Shown here one piece after another: positions 52,526-64,000 of a stretch of 64,000 nucleotides of DNA. Numbering within the stretch: the first letter of the stretch is position 1; the number at the start of each line of letters is the position of its first letter. The notes beneath the pieces are model-generated. The model was not told the origin of the DNA, ran no database searches, and saw only the letters and a program-made list of their open reading frames with translations. The DNA comes from Octopus sinensis (taxonomy: Eukaryota), in NCBI RefSeq assembly GCF_006345805.1, contig NC_043002.1, positions 23,250,001 through 23,314,000 of the forward strand, in the 5' to 3' direction. A program made the translations under genes and the position numbers.

Positions 52526-53137
52526 TAAGAAGGGTAGAAATTGATATTAATCAGTTAAAACCAGTGGCTTAGCATATTTGAAAAATCTGAAGATTAAAAA
52601 TTGTATTACATACAAAATTAAGAGGAATGACCACTAAAGTGGATATCTAATATGCTAAACATAGACGTCAAATCGCCATTACCACGAAGAATGTGTTCTC
52701 AAGAAAAATCTCAGAAAAATGCCAAAATGTAAAAATGAGCAAGACAAATGAAAATATACGAAATAAAACAAAAACAATTACCTGCGTACCAATGGTTTCG
52801 TTTGTTAATATCTACGTATGCAAACACGCAGGTATCTGCAAGATCGTCAGCGTAGTCTTTCACTTATAAAAACACAATTTCCAGAACTAGATACAGAACG
52901 CTCAACCGAAATCGAGTATGTATAAAGTTCTACAAATCATATTTGGGTGTATTTTTCAAATGTCTTCACGTTGGAATGCTGAGGCCGGAAATTAATCTGC
53001 AGTTAATAAATTTCAGCAACCAATTTACCGGTTAGAGAACATTTTTTTTATTTAAAATTAAATAATAAGGGTAGAAATTGATATTAATCAATTAAAACCA
53101 ATGGCTTAGCATATTTAAAAAATCCGAAGATTAAAAA
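52519..53137 (-). mobile_element. Element bounded by ~82-bp direct repeats (pseudo-LTR-like); probable non-autonomous PLE
   Basis: AATTAAATAA(G/T)AAGGGTAGAAATTGATATTAATCA..GAAGATTAAAAA at 52519-52600 and 53056-53137. Confidence 0.6.
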
Positions 53138-53294
53138 TATATTTCTAAATCTCACAGAGAGATTTATGCAGTAGCAGCACGATAAAGTGATAGAAATGTG
53201 TCAAGTCCAACAGGAAACGGTGTTTCCTAGGGCTAAATAACAGTAGTATTCTTCCCTTTAATGGGACTGTCACATTAAGTTAACAACATACTAT

Positions 53295-53363
<69 letters not shown>

Positions 53364-54529
53364 TATATATGTATTTGTATATATTGTGTGTGTGTACTTA
53401 TATATATTTAAACATACATGTGTGCATGTGTTTGTGTGTTCATATATATTTCAATATGAATTTGCATCCTTTTTCTTCTTAGGTCAGTAAGTGTTATCTC
53501 TTATTTGCTTCTATTTCAAAATCAAAGGAAATGACTACTATTCCCTTCCAACTTTGCATTTGTGACCTGGATATCAATGCTGCTGAAGCAGAAATATCGT
53601 TATAGCAAATATTCTGCTTGACTTTAATTACTTGAACATGTCCCTTAATGTCTGACAATATGTACATCTCTGATCATGAGTAGGAATAGAGGGAGAGCAT
53701 TATAGCCATGTGTTGAGAAGGATTCTCTGGGGTTTTAATAAATATCGTAACAAAAGCAAAGTTTGAAGGAAATATTAACCATTTTTCATAATCTCTAGAG
53801 GTAAGCAAATAGAAAATAACAGTTGCTACCCAAAGACAAGAATCGTGTCACAGTGTTATTATATATGTACGATATGTCTTTTTATTTATGTGTACTCTCC
53901 GTGTTTCATCTGTTTTCTAGATGTATTTTTTTACGTTTATATTGATATAAGTCTATATAAATGTGCATGTGAGTATATTGCATATATGTGTGAACCCTTG
54001 TTTGTGTTTTCGTTTGCATTTGCAACATACGTGTCAATATACGCAGTGTGTACTTATGTGTGATTGATACTCGAGTAAAAGAGAAGAAATGTGTGAGGTT
54101 ATATTATTAAATACGGACGGATATTAAGTATTAAAAAACTGTAAGTGCACAAAAGAACATTTCAATATATTCCGTGAATTCCTGGTTGTCTGTCGTTAAT
54201 AATGAATGAACACGGATCATAATATAATATGTAATCGCTAATATTGAATTGTTAAAGCAAGAGCGAAATATTGCACTCGAATAAGTGAGTACGGAGCTTG
54301 TACGACAAGTTAGCAACCAATTTCAAAATGATTGCAGACACTAACCGCCGCAAGCAGCAGATTTGTCTACCTTATACACACGCTCACGCACACTCCCGCG
54401 CACACAAACACACACACAGACAAACACACACACAAACACACGCACCACGTTTGTACATATGTATGTATAGCCATATACATATATATGCATATCAGATATA
54501 TATATATATAATATATATATATATGTATG

Positions 54530-54561
<32 letters not shown>

Positions 54562-55320
54562 TAATATATATTATATAATATATTATATACATACACACAC
54601 ACACATATCTATATATTATATATATAAAATACATGTGTGCCTGTGTTTGTGTGTTCATATATATTTGAATATGAATTCGCTTATGTATATGCGTAAGTGT
54701 GAGTGCGTGTGCGCGTGTGTGTGTGTGTGTGTGGTGTGTGTGTGTGTGTGTGTGTGTGCTTGAAGCTAATGTTTCATTTTATCGCTTTACTTGTTTCTTT
54801 CCTCTATTAAAAGACTGGTCGGTGGTTCCAGCTGTTAACGAGTTCATGCTTTTACAGTTCTTGATTATGGTTGCTTCTGCTGTTGTTGTTATTATTGTTG
54901 TTGTTTTGTTGTTGTTGAGGTGTAATAATTGTTTAGCTCAAGTTCAACACTCTGAGCACACCGATAATAAAAACGTCCCAGCAGTGACCATCCCGTCTTT
55001 ATACAGACAGTATGTCTAAGAGTACACTACCCGATGTATCACTTATTTTTAAAACTGTAGGATATGATTTGATGGATATGTGGTTGTTATTTCCAGCAGG
55101 TTAAGTAACTTTGTAAAAGCGTTCACATTGGCTCTTATAATTAGATGTTGATACCAATAATGGGGATTTGGCAAGGACCAGTTCACACAACAAGTGGAAC
55201 TGTTTCATTTATACTTCTAAAGTGTTCTTAATGAGAGATTTGCTCTCTAGTCGACATTTCGAGATTATCTCTTATACGAGGATGCTGATATATGCATCGC
55301 TCAACAATGTCTTCTTATTT

Positions 55321-55730
55321 CTTTATTCTCCACAAGGAGCTAAACATAGAGGGGACAAACAATGACAGGCAAATGGATTAAGTCGATTATATCGACCCCA
55401 GTGCGTAACTGGTACTTATTTAATCGACCGAAAGGATGAAAGGCAAAGTCGACCTCGGTGGTATTTGAACTCAGAACGTAACGGCAGACGAAATACCTGT
55501 TTCTTTACTACCCACAAGGGGCTAAACACAGAGAGGACACACAAGGACAGACAAACGGATTAAGTCGATTATATCGACCCCAGTGCGTAACTGGTACTTA
55601 TTTAATCGACCCCGAAAGGATGAAAGGCAAAGTCGACCTCGGCGGAATTTGAACTCAGAACGTAGCGGCAGACGAAATACCGCTAAACATTTCGCCCGGC
55701 GTGCTAACGTTTCTGCCAGCTCACCGCCTT
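55321..55730 (-). mobile_element. SINE A concatemer (2 units)
   Basis: Junction GACGAAATACCTGTTTCTTTAC at ~55488-55509. Confidence 0.9.
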
Positions 55731-56938
55731 CAACAATGTTTTCTTGAATCCTTTAACGTACGAAACTGCAGTTTAACTGAAGAATAGCATCTTAAAGCCG
55801 CGTTAATTCCTTTCACTACCAGACTCTAAATGTATCGAAAGAATTAAATAGAATTTTGAGCATGCTGAATGTTCCTGCACGTTTTCTCTGATCTTCATAT
55901 AATTTCTATCATTAACACTTTGACTTCGTACATTTGTGTCCTTGTGAAACACTTGTTGTTGTTGTGTGAAGAATATATTGCATTAGTGCAGATGCAATAT
56001 CATAGTGCAGTTGAGTTGGGCCTGCGTGTGTGTAGCTATTTTATCTCTTCTTGATACTAGAGTAACAATGTTTTCTATGCAACTAGCACTAACTTTTATT
56101 CTGTTGCTACTGTTTTTCTTCGTATTTTGTTAGATCTTGTAGTAACTATGGTTGATCTGGAAACGTTTCTATATATTTGTGCATACTTATCGTATAACAA
56201 TGATTTTTTTTTTATATAAAAGCAAGATCAAATTTTATAACGAGTAACGTCATTGTCAATTATTTGTATCTATGATATTCACCTTAACACCCGATTCAAT
56301 AGAAAATTCTGGCTGACTCCCTTGTTCTACCCTCCGTTTCTTTATTTTGTTATTTTTTTGTTTTTGTTACTTCTCTGACCCTATACAAAATCTTTCCTTA
56401 ACATCTTTCCATTAATTTTTTTCTTTTTGCTTACTACTCCAACTTCCTATTTCTCCTCTGTACCATATTACATGTATATATAAAGAAAATTTATTTCATC
56501 TTACTAAACAGGCGGTTTTGAGAAGCCGATATCAAAGAAACTTGGAAGTAAACTGATACTGTTGATAATATTGATGATGGTACTGATGATTATATATGTG
56601 TGCATGTATGTATTTATGTATGTATGAATATATGTGTATATATATATGCACGCGCACACAGATTGCCAATATATTGTAAACGTATTTGATTTGCTCTTTA
56701 CTTTGCGTAAAGTACAGTACAGTAACCTCACTGGGCCTATTCGTACACTGCGCTGAGGTAAAAAATACATTAATAAACTGAGTGTACCTCTAAGCTATGA
56801 TCGACAGTATATTAACTTATTGTGTTCATTCTTAAGTTGTAGCATGGAGTATGTTAATCTATTCCGTTTTGTTTGACCTTAGGTCATAAATGTAATCTCT
56901 GCACACCAAGCACTTTTTGTGGTCTGTGTGTGTTTATG

Positions 56939-56969
<31 letters not shown>

Positions 56970-57974
56970 ATATATATATATATATATACATACGTGTGTT
57001 ATGTGTATATATATATGCATATATATGTATATATATTTATCCTGTGTATGTGTGTGTGTGTGTATAAACCCATATACATGCACCTTCAATTGATGTAAAT
57101 AATGATAGAATTCCAAAGTATGCGGTCACTAGAACTTGTAGTTTATTGAATGAGATGTGTCGTCAAGAATTGGCTTAGAATTTTAAATTCGAGAAGTGAA
57201 TGTACATTTTTAGCATTTTCACTTCTTCGATCTCCCTTTCTTCTTCCCTCTCTCGTAACTCACAATCATTATCATTCGCAGAAAAAAAATTCTTGCAACA
57301 TATTTATATATATATATGTTATATATTTATACATATTTACACAGCGGGAAACGCCTTGCCACTTTACTACACAAATATATCTCATATCTAAAGAATAACA
57401 ATATCAATTATAAAATCGTTTAAATTTATTATAGAACGCACACTCCCTTACTTTAATCGCCTCAGAAGCTGAGATCTTTGTCCCTTAAGCATAATCTATT
57501 TCAAGGTTTTGTAGAATTTTAAAATGGTTGTAGAGACTTCAATCGTTATCTATGGAACATCTCCAACTACTGACTGTGTAATATATTTCATTTCCTAGAT
57601 AATGTATTTGTTACACACTGAAAGACGGAAATAGATTTTTAAAGATTCATTAATTCATCAGCACTAAAGTCTTATCGATAATTGCAGCGTTTCTTGCTTA
57701 CGTGTCAGTTTTGTACATGGTATTACAGCCATGTTAAGATGAGGTAATTGCATTTATATAGATGAAAAATTAAATCTTCTGCTCATGATAGAAAATTATA
57801 TTTTTTAAGTCTAGTACTTATTCTATCGGTAAACACACAATACCGGTTGTCACACCACACATACTTATATAATATATATATATATATTAATATATTATAT
57901 ATATATATATATTATATATATATATCCCTTCTTTAAAGAAACTTTCACCCATTCCCTTCCGGTCATTCAAAATG

Positions 57975-58160
57975 TGACCGCGTGTGTACCGTTGGCGATT
58001 TTTTCCCTCCGTCTTCCCTTCCTTGGATCTTTCCTTTTCCTATGTTTCTGACGAGAGCTCCGCTCGAAACGTTAAATCCTCCTTCTTTCCTGAGCGTCCA
58101 ATAACACTATACTTGTTCCACGTCTTCGCGTTGTTGTGTTTTCATGTTTGGATTAACTAT
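57975..58160 (+). mobile_element. PLE-like repeat inserted in the (TA)n tract of a SINE C (57790-58325, minus strand)
   Basis: Homologous to 39665. SINE C halves lie on either side. Confidence 0.7.
58044..58077 (+). ncRNA. Minimal type I hammerhead ribozyme motif with a canonical core
   Basis: GTTT-CTGACGA-GAGC-TCC-GCTC-GAAA-CGT-T-AAAT. Confidence 0.6.
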
Positions 58161-58325
58161 ATAATTATATATTATATATATATATATATAAATACATATA
58201 CGACGAGCTTCTTTCTGTCTACCAAATCGACTCACAAGTCTTTGGTCAGCCCGAAGATATAGCAAAAGCCACTTGCCCGAGGTGTCGCACAATACGACAG
58301 AGCTCGGAACCATGTGGTTGGGAAA

Positions 58326-58951
58326 TACGAGGGGAAGTTAAAAATTATCTGCACGTTCGTCATAACATCTTTATTATTGTCACACTACCATCTGCGCATG
58401 CGTGCTTGTATTTGGTCACGTTTGAGCCTGATCGCTCCATTTTTCCTTCTGATCAATTAACAATATGCATCAAAGAAGAACAAAGAACAGTGATCAGATT
58501 TTCTGGTCGGAATGTGTGTCAGGTGCTAAAATTCATCGGAAGCATTTAGCACAGTACAGGGAAAGTACACTACCGCGTAGAAGTATGTATGAGTGGATCG
58601 AGAAGTATAAAAGTGGCCAGACAAGCGTGATGCTCGAAGAGGGAGCAGGACGCCGATCAACCTCTACCACTGACAAGAAGATTCAGAAAGCCCGAAAGAT
58701 GGTAATGGTGAACCGGTTTACCATTCCCATCTCTCGGATCACTGCGCTTTGTTCTTCTTTGGTGCACATTGCTAAGGGAGCGGCCATGCTTACACTGTAA
58801 AGCCAGAAAGAAAAATGGCGCGATCAGGCTCAATCTTCGATTACGTGACCACAATATTACCAACTATAAGCACGCATGCGCAGAAGGCAGTGTGACAATA
58901 ATAAAGATATGTTATGGTCAAAGTGGCGACAATTTTTGACTTTCCCTCGTA
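58326..58951. mobile_element. Mariner fold-back element: two inverted 5' ends, TA-flanked, with a truncated transposase N-terminus
   Basis: TACGAGGGGAAGTTAAAAATT...AATTTTTGACTTTCCCTCGTA. The ORF has EIHR-type ..SMYEWIEKYKSG.TS..GR.STST HTH sequence. Confidence 0.85.
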
Positions 58952-59000
58952 CATATTATACATACATATATATATTACTATATATATTATATTATATATA

Positions 59001-59047
<47 letters not shown>

Positions 59048-59136
59048 TTATATATATATATATGTATGTATGTATGTATGTATGATGTATGTATGTTGTA
59101 TTTATATATATGTGTATGTATATATATGATATATAT

Positions 59137-59220
<84 letters not shown>

Positions 59221-59260
59221 ATATACATATGCATATATATAACAGATGCATATACATATA

Positions 59261-60060
59261 CCAAGAGCTTTGAGGAAACACAACACATTACGGACCGGTT
59301 TTCTTGTGCAGCAGACATGTTTGGTCTCAAGATCAACACTTTGAAGACTGAACTGCTCTGCCAGTTCCACCAAAATGTCCTTATAGAGCGAGAGAGAGCC
59401 TGAATAGTGACTGTACACGGAAAGACTCTGAAGTACACCTAAGCATTTACCTAGCTCGACAGCACGGTGATTTGTATTCACTCGTCTGAGATCGGAGTTG
59501 AGCGGTGAATACAATCTGTTACAAAGGTTTTGGCTCTCTCAAGAAGCGTTTTTAGAGCTGCCACGGCATCGCCTACAACACAAAGATCAAGTGCCGCAAT
59601 GCTCCCTTGCTTCCTCTGCGTCACTGAATGGATGTCCCTCTGCTACAAGCTCCTCAGCAGTGTGAAGGCCCTCATTACCTCATCACAGCTGTACTGGGCA
59701 GGACATCTTTGTAGGATGGAGGGCAGCCCGCTTCCAAAGGCAGTTTTCTATACTGAACTGCGTCAGAGCAGGAGGAACCGTGGTGATCGGATGTTGCGTT
59801 ACAAAGATGTGCTGAAGAGACATATGAAAAACTCCAGCATTTCCCTAGACCCCTGGAAGGTGAAATATCCTTGGCATGATCATCACGGAAGCTCATAATT
59901 CCAGCCATTAAGGAGAAACAGTAGAAAGAATCCGAAAGAGCACATGGGAGGCGTCAAGTAACTTAACCTGCAGCAGATCAACAACAGGCTTTGTAGCCCA
60001 AATGCAAGCCTAGCAGCGATAATTTCTGAATAGAAAGCCAACGTCGAGCTCCAACGGTAG
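59261..60060 (+). pseudogene. RTE-clade LINE RT C-terminal fragment
   Basis: AADMFGLKINTLKTE and LYWAGHLCRMEGSPLPKAVFYTEL..R.RG...LRYKDVLKRHMK. Confidence 0.85.
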
Positions 60061-60076
60061 CCATATATATATAATA

Positions 60077-60134
<58 letters not shown>

Positions 60135-60135
<1 letters not shown>

Positions 60136-60471
60136 AAGGTAAAGACCCCCTCGGGTCATGTGTGACCATGGGTTTGCACCTAGAGAGTACCCTCTGAGGC
60201 ACAAGTCTGGGCAAGGTGGTTTTTATGGAAGACCAGCAGTCGCCCATGCATACCGGCCTCCCCTCTCCACGCCACCAGTGTTATCCAAGGGAAAGACAAA
60301 GGTCGATACAGCTTGGCACCAGTGACGTCGCAACACTATTTATACAGCTGAGTGAACTGGAGCAACGTGAAATAAAGTGCTTTGCTCAAGAACACAAACA
60401 CGCAGCCCGGTCCGGGATTCGAAACTCGCAACCGCACGATCGTAAGCTCGACGCTCTAACCACTGAGCCAT
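60135..60471 (-). mobile_element. SINE D, nearly full length
   Basis: Reverse complement of 37729-38066. Confidence 0.9.
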
Positions 60472-60474
60472 ATA

Positions 60475-60566
<92 letters not shown>

Positions 60567-60567
60567 A

Positions 60568-60609
<42 letters not shown>

Positions 60610-61253
60610 ATATAACCACATAATATATATATATATAAGAGAGAGAGAGAGAAAGGGAGAGATAGATATAGATATAGATACATTACATATACATTCATAC
60701 ATACATGCATAACATACATACATACATACATACATGCATACATACATACATACATACATACATACATACATACATACATACATACATACATACATACATA
60801 CATAAAGTAGTTCAAGGGAAAAAATAAAAACAGAATGCTATTCTTATTTAGCACTGCCTATCTACTGAAGCTGGTAAATAAAAATGGATTAAATTACTAT
60901 TATTCTGAAGATCTGACGTTACATGATGATTATACGATCGTCTATGTAACGATCACCAGCAACATATTGTATACGCTAGTGAAGACGTGTAAGGATTATG
61001 CAATCTCTGGTGTTTTGATAAAGTGTTTAACTAAATTTGCAGCTACATTCCGCTGTCATGTGTATGTGCGCGTATATATGTCTGTGTGTGTACGTGTGTA
61101 TGTGTGTATTTGCGTCTGTACGTCTGTGTGCATGTGTATGCATCTAACTTTCTATGATATACTTAAATTCTGTGTAGTTATATAATATACATATACACGT
61201 TTATGCAAGCGCTTGTGTATACATATAAAAAATAAATAGGCAGAAAGACAGTC

Positions 61254-61288
<35 letters not shown>

Positions 61289-61289
61289 C

Positions 61290-61358
<69 letters not shown>

Positions 61359-61436
61359 TGTGTATAACATACTTTATACACAAACAACCCAACATCCAAC
61401 CCATACAACACATATGTGTGTATTTCTGTGCGAGTG

Positions 61437-61488
<52 letters not shown>

Positions 61489-61943
61489 CGTGCGTATCTG
61501 TATGAATGAGAGAGCGAGAGAGAAACACAGAGAGAGTGAGAGGAAGAAAGCTGCCATCGACCTAACAACATAAAAAAACTGTCATTTTAGTCCCCAAATA
61601 CCGCAGCCATATTTATTTTTTCATTATGCCACCATTTTATTTGTTAAGGTTATAAATTATTTCGTTTTCTTTGCTGTTGTTGCTATTATTGTTCATTTTC
61701 TATGTAACAGTTTTTATTACTTTATAGTTTCACAATATGTTTATTTGCAGCTAACTGGAAAGAGAAAGAGAAAAATACCGAATATGCAAGAGCCATGATG
61801 GCTGACGCATCCTCGAGAAGGTTAGTTCGTGGTAAATTCTATTAGTATATATATATTTTTTTAATTTATGTATTCTAATAGGTTCTCTCGTGCGAGTGTG
61901 TATATATGTATATATATATATATATATAATATAAATACATATA

Positions 61944-61979
<36 letters not shown>

Positions 61980-62311
61980 GTATGTATGTATGTATGTATG
62001 TATGTATGTATGTATGTGTATATGTATATATGTATATAATATATATATATACATATAAAATATATTGTTTATGCATATATAATATACATATATAAATAAA
62101 TATATTTATGCATTTATATATATATATATATTTGTATACATGATTTTGTATTTATGTATCAATATACATGTGTGTGCGTGGTGTGTGTGTGAGTGTATGT
62201 GGTGCGTTATAACCATATTTATACAAGCATATTACATATATCTACAAGTATATAAATACATATATGTATATTTATATATATATTATATATATATATATAT
62301 AATAGAGAGAG

Positions 62312-62342
<31 letters not shown>

Positions 62343-62486
62343 AGATACACATGTGTATGTATATTTATATATATATATATGTATGTATGTTATATATATA
62401 TATTTGTATATATACATATAATATGATGCATGTATATGTATATATAATATGTATATATATATATATATAATATATAGTATATATAT

Positions 62487-62522
<36 letters not shown>

Positions 62523-62912
62523 CAGTCATATTAGGTATACACACACACATACACATAAATATATGCATAGTCTAAACGAAAGGCTTTTTTCTAGAATGAA
62601 GATTCTTATTTTTGCTTCTCATTCTCAATTTTCACATATATATTTACTTTTTTTTTTCGGTGAGATTTTCAAAGATTTTTTTTTGATTTTTTGTTATTCT
62701 TACTCGTTTTTTTCTCATTTATTTCGAACTTCGAGAATCTTCCTTAGCGTATGTTGGTTCGTCGAATATTGAATATAATTCTGACAATGTGGCGCCACAA
62801 TCAGTGATTAATGATTAATTTTACTTTCGAAAAGAGGAAACTAATTTCGGTAGAAATATCTCACCTTCTCAGATGCCTACTTCCGTTTTAAACTTCGTTT
62901 CGCTTTCTTCCA

Positions 62913-62960
<48 letters not shown>

Positions 62961-62993
62961 TCTCTCCCTCTCTTACTCTCTCTCTCTCTCTTC

Positions 62994-63026
<33 letters not shown>

Positions 63027-63078
63027 TTCTATCTCTCTCCCTCCCTCTCTCTCTATCTCTTTCTCTCTCTCTCCCTCC

Positions 63079-63109
<31 letters not shown>

Positions 63110-63563
63110 TCTCTTTCTCCCTCTCTCTCTCTGGCTCTCTCTTCTTCTTCTTTCTTTTGATCTCTCTATACATATATGTGTGTTTTTGTATGTATATCTA
63201 TGAGCGTTATGCGTATACCTATATAAATATATTTATGTATGTGTATGCATATATATACATACATATATATATATGTATATATATATATAATAGTTGTATA
63301 CTGTCAACTTAACGTGACAGTAGGGGATTACACCACCGCTGTTTAGCCCTAGGAAGCATCGACGCTTCCTGTCGGCTTCGACACACTTACTGTGTCCTTA
63401 TATATTTACGAAGGTGAGACAAATACCCCCAACAGCTAGGCCTGCATCTAGAGACACGCATGTTTCAGGGTCTTTGCCATCATCGGTCTAGAGTAGCATA
63501 AGCCTGCTAGCTCCCCACCACCGTACATATCTCTATGAGATATTTAGAAATCTAATATTTCTG

Positions 63564-63627
<64 letters not shown>

Positions 63628-64000
63628 TGTATGTATGTATGTATGTATGTATGTATGTATATGCATGCAGACACAATAACACACATGCACGTATGTATAT
63701 GTATGTATGGCAATGTATGCGTACGTGTGTGTTTGTGTGTGCATTTGTCTCTATATCACTCCTTCTCTTTACCCGTTTTTCTATCTATCTTTCTACCTGT
63801 CCTACTTATTTTCATTTTTCACTTGGTGTTCATGTCAGTTTGAATCTTTAAACCCCAGGTCACAGCTGGACGAGCAAGTTACGACCAACCCATATTTTTC
63901 CTACGAATGGGGACCCCAGAACACCATTGGTCAATGTGTTCTTTCGTAAAAACAATCAAATTGCGTCTGTGACAGATTTAGCTGTTATTTCTAGCAGATT

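Noticed and set aside
56512-61820. Spliced ISKKLGTNWKEKEK..EY resembling an HMG-box helix
   Set aside because: The W-to-Y spacing is two residues short of the HMG pattern and the join is hypothetical.
63455-63492. CCGATGA-TGG..CC-CTGAAACATG on the minus strand in a (TA)n-flanked repeat
   Set aside because: U4 is mutated, stem II is only ~2 bp and the cleavage site is lost; at most a relic.
63855-63949. Apparent downstream exon SQLDEQVTTNPYFSYEWGPQNTIG
   Set aside because: The sequence belongs to interspersed repeat F, seen at three other loci.

Overview
This is repeat-saturated, AT-rich animal genomic DNA. I recognise the interspersed repeats as octopus-type SINE families, so the taxon is an inference. 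I could not identify any host protein-coding gene, rRNA or CRISPR array. Almost all ORFs in the supplied track are microsatellite read-throughs ([12 protein letters not shown]) or decayed transposon pieces. The window holds several tRNA-headed SINE families (my labels A-D, plus a shared tail E and an unclassified repeat F). It also holds R4/Dong-like, RTE-like and CR1/L2-like LINE fragments, Penelope-like (PLE) GIY-YIG remnants, mariner fragments and MITEs, many fold-back hairpins, a 5'-damaged tRNA-Thr(UGU), and a 100-N gap at 2425-2524. Four things stand out. (1) Several non-coding PLE-like repeats carry minimal hammerhead-ribozyme cores, one of them inside a long fold-back. (2) SINE A forms ~183-bp concatemers with the same junctions at independent loci. 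(3) SINE heads and tails are swapped modularly. (4) A mariner element is built from two inverted 5' ends. Coordinates were counted by hand and may be off by a few bases. No database searches or folding computations were run.
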